This document shows positions 22,300 to 33,800 of a stretch of 64,000 nucleotides of DNA, piece by piece. A model generated the notes under the pieces. That model worked only from the letters and a program-made list of their open reading frames with translations, ran no database searches and was not told the origin of the DNA. The position numbers were made by a program, and so were the translations under genes. Source of the DNA: Tubulanus polymorphus (taxonomy: Eukaryota > Animalia > Nemertea); NCBI RefSeq assembly GCF_964204645.1, contig NC_134027.1, positions 496,001 through 560,000 on the forward strand. Reading direction: 5' to 3'. The stretch's first letter is position 1. Each line of letters begins with the position of its first letter.

Positions 22300-25200
22300 A
22301 ATGTTTTCTATTGTAAAAATATTTTCAAATTCAGTCTGATTTGTGCCAGATTGTAACTGTAGAAGTTTCACTCATTGTTTCAGTCTAATTGAGATGTGGC
22401 TGGTGTACATGTAACATTGAGTGTGTAACACTGCAGTCATTTCTTCAATTATTCCTCCTCAGTTGGAAGAATGTTTGTTCTCTCATCTTCATTAGCGATA
22501 AGAATCAATCCCATCCGTCTAACAACAGCATCGTAACATTTCCACTTATCTAATCCTAGAGGGAATGAGTAGTATGAGGTTTGGGTATGGAGTGGGGCAG
22601 GGTAAGGTGTAGTTGACAGTTAGGGTAGGATAGGGTAATGTGGTGAGGTAAGGTCGGTTTGATGATGCAGGGTTATTTGATGTGGTTGGATTCGATGATG
22701 AGTTTGATATGGAACTGGTCGAGGTGGGTGTTTGTGGTAGTGTACGGTGTGTATGTTCGGAGGGTGTATGATAACTGATTGAAAGGTTGCTGTTAGAGGT
22801 CAGTGCAGTAGTGATGCTGGTATAGTTTGTGTAAGGTAGGCGTCGGTGTACCGGCTTAAGTATAGGGTAAGGCATGGTCAGAGTAATGTTACCGTAGAGG
22901 AAAAGTTATGTGGGGAAGGGTGTTTTTGTTTTCAGCCCACTTGAGACTTAAGTCTCAGCGGGCCGTTGCATTTTCTTTTCATCCGTTGTCCGTTTGTGCA
23001 TCCGCAGACGGAATACAGTTATTTTTGGAGGTTTTTAAGTTTTCCAACGCCACTGCACATGTTCTCCAGGGGGTGTTGAGTATAGAATTTTCAGATTGTC
23101 AGGAATTTCACCAAGTGTGCATGGTGTCCCTGGACTCCCCAATTTTGAAATTAGGGTGAATTCTGTAGAATTCTAATGATTGGTTAAATGGGCATCACTC
23201 TTTATTGGAATTCTGTGCTTAAAATATTGAATATGAAAGTAAGAACAGACGTCGTAGCTGTCACTGTGGACAGTGAATCTATTTCTGATTTGTGTGGATG
23301 TGATGGCGCAGGTGGTGGCCATAAATAGAGGTCACCTCTTAATCATTACATGTCCTTAGATGGATAGGACACAAGGGTAAATGAAAACATTCTTTAGGTT
23401 ACTGCCAGGTTTTAGGGTATCGTACCAAGCCTTACCTTCCCGACCTCCTTCCCGCGCTAGCTATTCCAAAATCTCTATATGAGATACATCGATAACGATG
23501 CTACTGAAGATTGAATTCATCGATTCATTTTGGAATTGAAACTTGTTTCATGGAACAAATGGTGCTGCAAATAAACAATATCATCAAACAATGATTCTGA
23601 TTGACTATAGTGAACTGCTGCCCTACTACTGGTTTTAAAAGCACTGATTGAGATAGATTCAAACCCAGTTCGATTACTTATTTCCGAACACTTACTGCCG
23701 GTTGGTACTGGTACATAGCCAGGAGAGACAGCCATAAGAAAAAGAAAGAAAATGAAGAACATGAAGAGTGGGGGGTTTAGTCCACTGTCTGCCTAGCGGG
23801 TAGGCAGTGGTCTATTACTACCTCGACTCAAAAAAAAGGTGAGCTTAAAGCCACCAAGCACAAAAGTGGGGTCCGAAGGGTAGTCCTCTGCTGGCTTAGA
23901 GGGCAGGCATTGGTCTATTCTTACCTCACGTGCTTAAAAATGTTCACAAAAATGGCTATTAAGAGAGAGAGAGTGAGAGAGAGGAGGTGGTAAGTTTCCT
24001 TTACTTGACTGGGTGTAAAGTGATCAATAATGGAAATCATTTACGGTAAACCTTGAGTTTACTAACAATGTATTTTGGGTTCAGAGTCTATTTCCCAACA
24101 GTTTGCTGTTCACAAGCTGGTAGTAGGGTAAAAACTACCGGTATTCAGAGATTTGTGAATCAGAAGTTTTGCCATCATTTGCTTCATGAATCATTCACTT
24201 GTTAAAATGAATGATGTGACACACATGTAAAATACTGTTACTGATTTATCATTTTTGATGGTGTCTTGATATTCGACATCTTGCAGGTATCGTCTCCTAG
24301 TATTTCACATAGAATTGAGGAGTAGTTTGAGTGAATGGGAGGCATGGAGAGATTGGGCTCAAGATATCTCACTCGTTTGTTTAGGTTTAGTTTGGGATCA
24401 TCTTATTCAGCTTCAGTGTATATAATACATCCTCGACTACTTTTCAACTAGTAGTTCATCGTAGGTTTTTGACATCACATCCATAGCTCCTTCCACTACT
24501 CGTGAATTTACAATTCATTCCTATCCGATGATGCTATTTATGATGGAATGTGTTAAAGTAGATGTCTATGTGTTTTCATCTTTTGGTAAATCGTGAAAAA
24601 TTCTGGCTAATTTGAATCGAAAGCCATTGATTATTATCTTGCGCGGTAATGATGGAAAAATTCAAAATGCGAATAGCTGTGTGGAATAAGAGAATGTGTT
24701 AAAAGGATTTGAGACATTGAGATGTGTAAAGAGAGACTGATTACACCTGTACTGTCCTAGCCCCTCCCCAGGCAGTCACCACCTCGCCCCAACCAATTTT
24801 ACCAAATCACCCTCACCTCAACAACATCAAAATCCCTTTCACTTTTCCTCTACCATTATTTTTACCATGCCGGCTACCTTATCCCTAACCCTGCAAACCA
24901 CACTCTACTCTACACAAACCATACCAACATCACAACTGTACCGTCCTCCAGCACCAACCTTTCTTCATTGTCAGACACCTCTCTAACTATACATCGTACA
25001 CTACCACGTACACCCACCTCGACCGGTTCTATAACAAGCTGATCATCTAATCCAGCCATATCAAACAACCCTGCATCATCCAACCTGACCTTACCTTACC
25101 ACAATACCCTATCCTCCCCTAACATGTCAATCACACCATTCCCTTTTCCATTCCATCCCCAAGCGCCATACTACTCGACATTCCCTCTATGATTGAATAA

Positions 25201-25435
25201 GATAGAAATGTTACAATGTTGTAGTTAGACGGATGGGATTGATTTTCTTTGCTAATGAAGATGAGAGATCAAACATTCTTCTAACTGAGGAGGAATAAGT
25301 GAACAAACTACAGCGGTGTTACACACTCAATGTTACATGTACATCAGTTATATCTCAATTAGACTGAAACAATGAGTGAAACTTCTACAGTTACAATCTG
25401 ACACAAATCAGACTGTGTCAGAAAACATTTTTACA
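22300..25435. repeat. Long inverted repeat: ~570-bp diverged arms (22300-22875 vs 24850-25435) around a ~2-kb spacer; foldback/MULE-like relic or local inversion duplication
   Basis: For example cagtctgatttgtgccagattgtaactgtagaagtttcactcattgtttcagtctaattgagat (22332) pairs with 25350-25415. Confidence 0.85.
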
Positions 25436-27025
25436 TTAGCCCCACGTGCTGAGTGGATGATAGACATCATGAGACTCATCAAATTTTGAGAAATTAGTTT
25501 AATTGAAAAATTAATCTAAGCAATGTCTGTTTTTGCATTTCAGAGGTTGATGTTACCTGAACATGCAGTTCTGAGCTGACTCCAGATCAGGTGAGCATGT
25601 ATGCAGTGAAATTGGATAAAATCATGAGATTTTCCAAGAGCTCTTATTAGTGGAATTTTGTCTCTAATAGCCCTTGATCCAAGTGCTGCCCTGTGAGACA
25701 CTGTCTGGTGAACTCAACATCCAAGTGCTGCAGAATCTACCCCCAGTGAGACACTGTCTGGTGAACTCAACCTCCAAGTGCTGCAGAATCTACCCCCAGT
25801 GAGACACTGTCTGGTGAACTCAACATCCAAGTGCTGCAGAATCTAGGTTTGAATTCTCTTAGATTTTTTAAACCTAAAATTCTAAGATATTCTGTGAAGA
25901 CAACAATTTGACCAGTTGTCCTTTTGACTGCATGTTTTGAGTGATTTCCAATTAGCTACATGATTCAATGTGTGGTTGTCAAATGGCTCAATATTTCCCA
26001 AACCATTTTCTAATTTATAACTGTCAAAATTCATTTGTTCAATCATGAGGTCTAGAATTGGTTTTCATTGAATACATGAAATCCAGATATTTTATTTGTT
26101 GATTTCAAAATTATTTATTTCGCCGATTCCTTTCTAATCTCACTTTGGCAACTCATTCTGAATCAGCGACGGAAGGTGACAAACTGGTCACATCGAAATA
26201 CGCTGTGCTCGGTGCCTCGGGATCCGAACCGAAACCTGACCGCACGTATAAATTCAATTGAATCCATTCGGGTTCTTCCTTTTCTTAGTTAAACTTGTTT
26301 CTGTGGTTGCGAGACGGCGGGAAGAAAAATAGCGGTGGCGGTAAGGGGGGTGGTAGCCCTTTAAGTGAATATGCTCGGTGACAGGGATGGCGAAAGGCCA
26401 CCCGGGGAGGACGATAGCATGAGGGCATCGGACGCTCCTTTACTGAACCGCGGATTCTGGGGCCCGAGAGTATCGTGTGTATGATCACTTACTCGATAAG
26501 GTAGTCATGTGCATCAAGAGATACGGGCATTTCTATCCTAGCCTCAGTTGTCTGCGGGGACGCACCTTAAAACAGTTTGAAAAAATCACCTCGAACATGT
26601 TTAAGCATAATTCACGGGCGCAAAAAAGAATAAACAGAAAGAAAGAAAGAGGTGTCGGTCGTTTTTATAAACCACTAGGGGCGAGTTAAGCTTAGACGAG
26701 GAATTTGGCATCTTAGAAATATATTCGAAATTCCTAGGTTTTAATAGAGAATTCAGCAGGGAAAATATTTGAGTATTTTATGTGATTCAATTCTAAATTG
26801 TAACCTCATCGTGCAATGTATTTTATTGGAATGAACTTAAACATGCAGGCTGGACTTTCACGTGATGTTTTGAAATATAGATTCAGGAACATTGACAATT
26901 CCTGATTTGAAGCACATGTTTTTACCACAAAGCAGTTAAACTTTACTCTATCTACTGTATGATTACATTCTAACATGTATTTCTTTCCATTATTTTTCTA
27001 TCATTCACGCCGAGATCATCTACTC

Positions 27026-27484
27026 CCAGTGAGAACTGTCTGGTGAACTCAACATCCAAGTGCTGCAGAATCTACCTCCAGTGATACACTGTCTGGTGAA
27101 CTCAACATCCAAGTGCTGCAGAATCTACCCCCAGTGAGACACTGTCTGGTGAACTCAACATCCAAGTGCTGCAGAATCTACCCCCAGTGAGACACTGTCT
27201 GGTGAACTCAACATCCAAGTGCTGCAGAATCTACCTCCAGTGAGACACTGTCTGGTGAACTCAACATCCAAGTGCTACAGAATCTACCCCCAGTGAGACA
27301 CTGTCTGGTGAACTCAACATCCAAGTGCTGCAGAATCTACCCCCAGTGAGACACTGTCTGGTGAACTCAACATCCAAGTGCTGCAGAATCTACCCCCAGT
27401 GAGACACTGTCTGGTGAACTCAACATCCAAGTGCTGCAGAATCTACCTCCAGTGAGACACTGTCTGGTGAACTCAACATCCAAG
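27026..27484. repeat. 53-bp minisatellite (ccagtgagacactgtctggtgaactcaacatccaagtgctgcagaatctaccc), ~9 copies; 3 more copies at 25690-25846
   Basis: Period 53 read directly. Confidence 0.95.
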
Positions 27485-28120
27485 GAGATGATCTGTTAAT
27501 TAGACTCATGGTTGTGCTGGCTACTGATATGGGAGGTATGTATCCTATCTGGAGCCAATTTCACTTTGATTCCAACAACTAATTTCTTATGATTCTCCAT
27601 TTCATTTTCCATTAGAAGGAACTGTGTTATTATGATTTGTCTGAGTGTCCGTTAATGTTAGTTGAACTGTAACTCAGAGAAGTGAACCGTGGATGTTATA
27701 ACTCCACAGATGTCATGTATGTATCAGGACAACTTTCATTATCAATGAATATATGTTTTATTTTTTCATAATCTATGAAATAGATGTCATTGAATCTGTT
27801 ATTTTCATTTCAGTGTCCTAAGTTTAACTGTAAAGGATAGAACCGATAGCTGAATTGAATTCAACTCCTCCGGCAATGTTTGAGTCAGCTTCAGATATGA
27901 GTGGTATGTGTGTATGGAGACGAATTCAATTTGTGAGAATCTGTGAGATATAAATGTTACAATGTAGAATTTGTTATTCTCATTTCAGTGTCCATCAATA
28001 TTAAGCTGAACTGATGCAGAATGAACTTATAGATAATGAACTGAATTGCTGGAGTCAGCTACTACTGGTCTGTGGTATGTGTTTGGAGCCAGAAATTTAA
28101 CAATGACTGTAATATAATCT

Positions 28121-28267
28121 CAGAGCTGCCAACTGTTACTGATTTTCAGTATTTGTAACGATTTTGTTACGAGAAATACTGATTTAGTTAATTCACATTT
28201 TGATGAAATGTTACTGAAAAAAGCTCAATTTGTTGGTGATAACACTTTTCAGGGGTTGGCAGCCCTG
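28121..28267. mobile_element. MITE with CAGAGCTGCCAAC/GTTGGCAGCCCTG TIRs and 6-bp TSD taatct
   Basis: TIRs and an exact TSD (28115-28120, 28268-28273); it lies in a predicted intron. Confidence 0.85.
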
Positions 28268-31200
28268 TAATCTGATAAATAGATGTAATAAACAGATTGT
28301 TCTCATTTCAGTGTCCGATCAATGTTAGTTACACTATAAGGAATAGACCCAGTAGCTGAATTGAACTGAACTGATCCACAGTGAATATTTGAGTCACCTT
28401 CAGATATTAGTGGTATGTCTGTATGCAGACAAAATTCTATTTTAACAACTGAGTTTGTGTTTTAAATCTTTGAAATAAGTAGGCCTATAATATCATTGAA
28501 CCTGTTATTTTCATTTCAGTGTTTGTCATTATAAGCTGAACTGGTAAATAATTAACGTACAAACTCCACTGGTTGAGTCACCTACAGACACATGGTATGT
28601 GTATAGAGATTAATTCAATGAATCTGAAATACTTTGTTTCTTAGTTTTAAATGATTTTCCATTTTGTTTTAATCTGTTAGGAGATGAACTGAACAAATCA
28701 ACAGTTCGAATTCTGTATCAATAAGTGGTATGTATGAAAACAGAATTTCAACAACTTATTTCATAATTTCCTGCAATAGAATCTGATAAATAATTGCCAT
28801 TGAATCCGTTGTTTTCATTTCAGTGTCAATCATTGTTCGTTGAACTGTAAAGAATGAATGAACCAACATCTTATTTGAACTGAACTCTACAGTCCATGGT
28901 TGAATCTATAGCTATAGACATACAGTACGTGGTGTGTGTGTATGGAGGCAATTTCAATTTAATTGAAACACTTGTTTCATTATAATTATTAATGATTATT
29001 ATGATTATCCATTTTGTTTTAATCTGTTTAGGAGAAACCTGAACCAAGGATGTTATATTGCCACAGATATCATGTATGTATCAACGTCTTTCTGTTTTAT
29101 TCTGTTTCTGTTCTGCAGAAGAATCTGAGATGATTATAATGTTATGGACTGAATGTGTTTTCCATTTTAGTTTCCATCAATGTTAGTTGAACTGTAACTG
29201 ATAGAAGAGAACCATGGACGTTATAACTCCCCACAGATGTCGTGTATGTATCTGTAGAGGAATCTTTGAGAGATAGATTTTATAGAATCTGTTATTTTCA
29301 GTGTTGATCAATGTTAGTTGAACTGTAATGAGTAAAACCAGTTGTTACTTCACAGTCAATGGTTTAGTCAGTAACAATGTATGTGATGTGGTTTGTGTGT
29401 ATGGAGACAATTTCATTATTTTCATTAATTATTTGTTAGGCAATGACCAATTGTCCATGGGATGACCGATTACTAGTAGATGACCAGGGTTGACCAATTG
29501 CCAGATGAACAATTGCCAGAAATGATCAGGGAACAGTCAACATGTATGTATCGAGACAATTTTCTGTTGTTTTGAGGAATCTCATAGAATCTGTTATTTT
29601 TATTTCAGTGTCCGTCATCATGAGTTGAAACGAATATCTGATTTGAAGTGAACTCTGCAGTCATTCAACAGTTGAGGAGCCCTTACACATATATAAGTTA
29701 CGTATTAGTGATATTTACCACTGACAGACAATTAAAACAACTTGTATTATAATGATTTGCTGTTTGTGAATGAACTTGAGAACAGTCGCTACTCCTTAAT
29801 GCTATCAGTTACAGCCACCTTTTGATAGAATCTCTGTCTAAACCTCTTGCATGATCATCTCTATCTCAATTATAATATAATAAATACTAATCCTTCATTT
29901 TAACTCTCTTCTATTCTAATACATTGTATGAGTCAAAAGATGGTTGTCACTGATAGAATTAGGGACGCTATACAGCTGGCTAATTGTCATAATCTAAACC
30001 CTTTTTGTGTTCACTGCATACTCTGTGACCCTCCACTTCAATGCATTTTAATTGATTCAATTGCACCAACTTTTTATTTTTTTTTTCATGTCAGCGTCAA
30101 TCGTTTTTACCTGCTGCAGGTAGAAATGAATCCACTGCTTGAGTGGCTATAAAAGTCGGTGGTGAAGACAAGTACACTCAATTGGAGACAATAATTTCTT
30201 TGAGATCTGACAGTGGTAGGAATTGTAACATTTTAATAAATAAGGGGTACATCTAGAAAATTGGAAGACACGTTTTAATTGATATCTGTTATTTTACGTG
30301 TTTCAGCTTCAAGTTCATCCGAGTTCTACCAAATGAGATTATTCACCCATGAAGACTCGACTGATTCATACCCACATAAGGTAGTTGTACTTTCATTTTT
30401 ATTAAACATTTCAATAATTAAAATTGGCGCTATTAAGAAGAAAAAAGAAATTCATAAATTGCATTATTTAAAGTACTTTGATTTAAAACCTATTCATAAA
30501 TAACAATGCGGTACCGCTGCATAACAGATGGCACCACTATACGGTCGTTGGTACTACTAGACTGGTTACCTGTATAATAAGTACAATACAATGAATTTTA
30601 TTCGCACGGTGACGGATGTATTGGCATTGAAGCGCTCACTTATAATTCTATTGTATTGAATGTAGACCCAGAAAACCACGAAGGCTGCATTACGATTACG
30701 CCTTACACACAGGGCCACCTTCGGTTATCGGAGTCAGTCGACTTATAGTAGTCCCGGAACTCAGGTGCCGAGTAACTCATGTCAAATGTCGGAACTATAT
30801 TCCGGAAATAGTTCGAAAATCAAGCGCATTCGGTTATTAGTTCCAACCACTAGTCGACTAGCTACCGATTACCGAATTTGGCCCAGCCTGTCTAACTCTG
30901 GATTCGCAACTGGCAACCGAGTTAAGTGCTTCTCGCTAGCCAGGTTGCCGCTAAGCGGCCACCAGTCTATAATATTAACCCAATCACACGTTGTTTGTCA
31001 CTCGCTGATTCGCTACGCATCTGATTGGCTAGATATATAGACTGGTGGCCGCTTGACCATTGAGGCAAGCGAGGATGGTTGCGTGACTTATCGAAATGTT
31101 CGCTTGCCACAGCAGGAATACCGTCCAATGTAATAAGTGTTTATGTATTAATTGTAGGAATGCCTGGTGATGTAGATCAAGTTCACAGAAACTGAAAACA

Positions 31201-31636
31201 GAAAGAAACCTGGCGGAATCTATTGTGTATAAATAAATATATTTATTATCGTGTTGTGTTGTTTATTCTGAGTGCGATCTGTGGTGATTCAACCACTTGG
31301 TCCTCTCAAGTTTTTTCCCCATCCAAATGTTTGAATCCGTTTGCGCCGTTTTGACTGAAGTGATCTTTAAATTTGTATTAGTTCTAAGACTTAGACAGGT
31401 CTTAAATTCTTTCAGTTGCGGCCACCTCTCGACAAAAATCTATTGTACTAATCCTTAATAACTTTTAATCGCATGCGTCGAAAGGTGGCTGTCATAGATG
31501 GAATTAGAGATATGATCAGTGTCTAAGATGAATACAATTGCGTTTAATTTGAAACTGCTAAACAGTTGCAGTAAGAGTTAAATAACGATCATCGCTGTAT
31601 CTATGCTTGTGATGCTTGTTTCACCCTCAGTAATTA

Positions 31637-31824
31637 CAGAGCTGCCAACTGTTACTAATTTTCAGTATTAGTTAGTATTTTATAACGAGAAATACTGATC
31701 TGATTTGTGAAGGTCTTGCCGTTGATTACTGATTAATTGAACATTCCTTTCATATTTCAATGAAACGTTACTGAAAAAAATTCAATTTGCTACTGATAGG
31801 ACTTTTCAAAGGTTGGCAGCCCTG
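31637..31824. mobile_element. Second copy of the same MITE family (TSD taatta/tagtta)
   Basis: Same TIRs and similar internal sequence. Confidence 0.8.
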
Positions 31825-32199
31825 TAGTTATCTTGGTCTCGCAACTTTACCACCTCAGTACCGGCGACGCTTCACTCGTAATCCTCGCCTTCCATTCCGC
31901 GCATTTAGCTATCCTCGCTTGCCGGGGTTTAATTGGTTCTGCCCAATCAGATGCGTTGTTTTTCTACCAATAAGGGGCGCCAATTTAAACCCCGGCAAGC
32001 GAGGATTAATTTGTCAGCGTTGCCACCGTTAGCTCCAGTACTGTGCCATTGTCAGTTAGACTGGGTCTGAAATGGTGGTGGCAAGCTGCAGGTCTGGACT
32101 GCGCGACCAACATTTTCCATTCCTACATCCGAAATCTACACGTTTTCTTGGCAGTTTGGTTGGTTTTTGTTCGAACGCGCCTCTGGTAGTAGACTGGTT

Positions 32200-33800
32200 G
32201 CTAGTTTACATTAGACTGGTTGCCGGTCTCTTCCTGTAGACCGTTTACCGGTCTCTATCTTTCATTAGAGACCGGTTGTGCCCATCCTCCATTTTACATT
32301 TTCGATGCATGTCAAATAAGGTCAAACATGTTAAGTAGCAAGTTACTTCCTGGTTAAGATGGCGTCTCTTCGAATCTGCTTGGCTTCGAGTGATATTAAA
32401 ATTGTCCTTTATAATGATCGGAAAGACATTAATTGCTGTAAGTATCAGATAAATCCGCTGATAATTTACCTGGTACTCGAAATACCGACTAACAAGGATC
32501 GAAATCTAATGCGAGGTGAGCTCTGCCGCGACCGTCACTGAATACAGAACATTCTGAAGGAACAGAGGACATCCTTCCTATAACTACCGTTCGTGGGATG
32601 TATTTAGTGAATTGATGTTTTAATACAGTGTTGTAAAATGACTATATTTAGTATCTGAATAAAGTTTACAATTGCTGAATTCCTTAGTGCTTTGTTAGAT
32701 CAGATATTTGGATCCACCTCAGCCTACTGATTTCCTGATACAGACAGCAAGTTGGGACAGTCAAATTAAGAGATTTGGTCAAGACAAGTTACTCAGATCA
32801 CACTGGAAATTCGCAATATCCTCTCTCCTCATGGACCACACATTGTCAATGTTGACTTTGCTAGAAATCGATTATAAAATTCACCACGACCAATTCTTTT
32901 TCACTGAATTCAATATTTATTGTTCACTTCTGGTACAAAATCTTGTTCAGCCCCTGACAAGAGAATAAACAATGACACTACGTATTTCATGACATAGAAC
33001 AGTAGTTTTTTTTTCATCGACAAATTGGGACGATCCTGATATCCCTGATTTGAATGATAGTGTCTTTAGAATCATAAAGACCATGTCTCGACCAGACAGA
33101 TAATCCAATCACAATTCAAATTGAAGGCTCGCTAGTGCAGTTATTCACAGAATCCAGCTCTTTAAACCTCATCAGTTTATCAGAATCGAGGAGTTTCACC
33201 GCCTGTTATTTGGAATTTCATTTCATGACAGCTAGTGCTGATTCTTTATTCTCTTTGATTACTGCATGATGTTATCATTCTGAAATTAAAATACATATCA
33301 CACTTATTATTAAACCTGGATTGACTTTACAAATTAATGGTTCAGAATCCATTTTTCAAACTTACCTTGATGCATTGCAATCTATTCTTTTATGTTGAGC
33401 TAATTTGATACGCATTACTTCAATTTCTTAAAACATCCTACGAGTTGCGACTCACAAAATCATCACTAAAACGCCACAATAATCTACAATAGATAATCAA
33501 TATAGTTTTTGTGAAATAGCACTCATATTCATTATTTTCACTGGATCAACTGCTGATGTCCAATGTCGCATAAAGAACAATCAATCAATCAATCGCCTCG
33601 AGTGAACAAATAAGTTGCCTCTGCTGCATGGTTCAGTATGTTAGTAGTGGTAGTAGTATTGTATGTATTGTTACCGATATTTTCGGTACCACACGCTAAA
33701 CAAGTGCCTGCAGAAGCGTTACCCGGCAGTTTTAATGAAATTTCGTTCTTCATTGATATAAACAAGAAAATTAATTTTGATAAACTATTTGACGCCTGCG
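32200..33800. repeat. Old direct duplication, diverged partner at 62260-63940
   Basis: Shared blocks such as cccatcctccattttacatttt, cagatatttggatccac, ccagctctttaaacctcatca and aaacctggattgacttt in the same order. Confidence 0.85.
32344..32366 (+). promoter_or_regulatory. ETS-like (ACTTCC) plus YY1-like (AAGATGGCG) promoter-type motif pair; also present at ~62357-62380
   Basis: tacttcctggttaagatggcgtc vs tacttccgggttaaaatggcgtc, conserved between the diverged duplicates. Confidence 0.35.

Larger units (their letters stand above)
25544..31255 (+). ncRNA. Putative multi-exon non-coding transcript with ~12 degenerate tandem exon-intron units (27536-29608) and terminal exon 31158-~31255
   Basis: Repeated GTATGT donors and ttttcatttcag acceptors; additional exons at 25544-25590, 30094-30119 and 30307-30380; AATAAA at ~31232; no continuous ORF seen. 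Confidence 0.45.

Noticed and set aside
23118-23135. 14-nt match (gtccagggacacca) between the inverted-repeat spacer and the 47-bp satellite
   Set aside because: Too short and isolated to separate from chance, with no flanking similarity.
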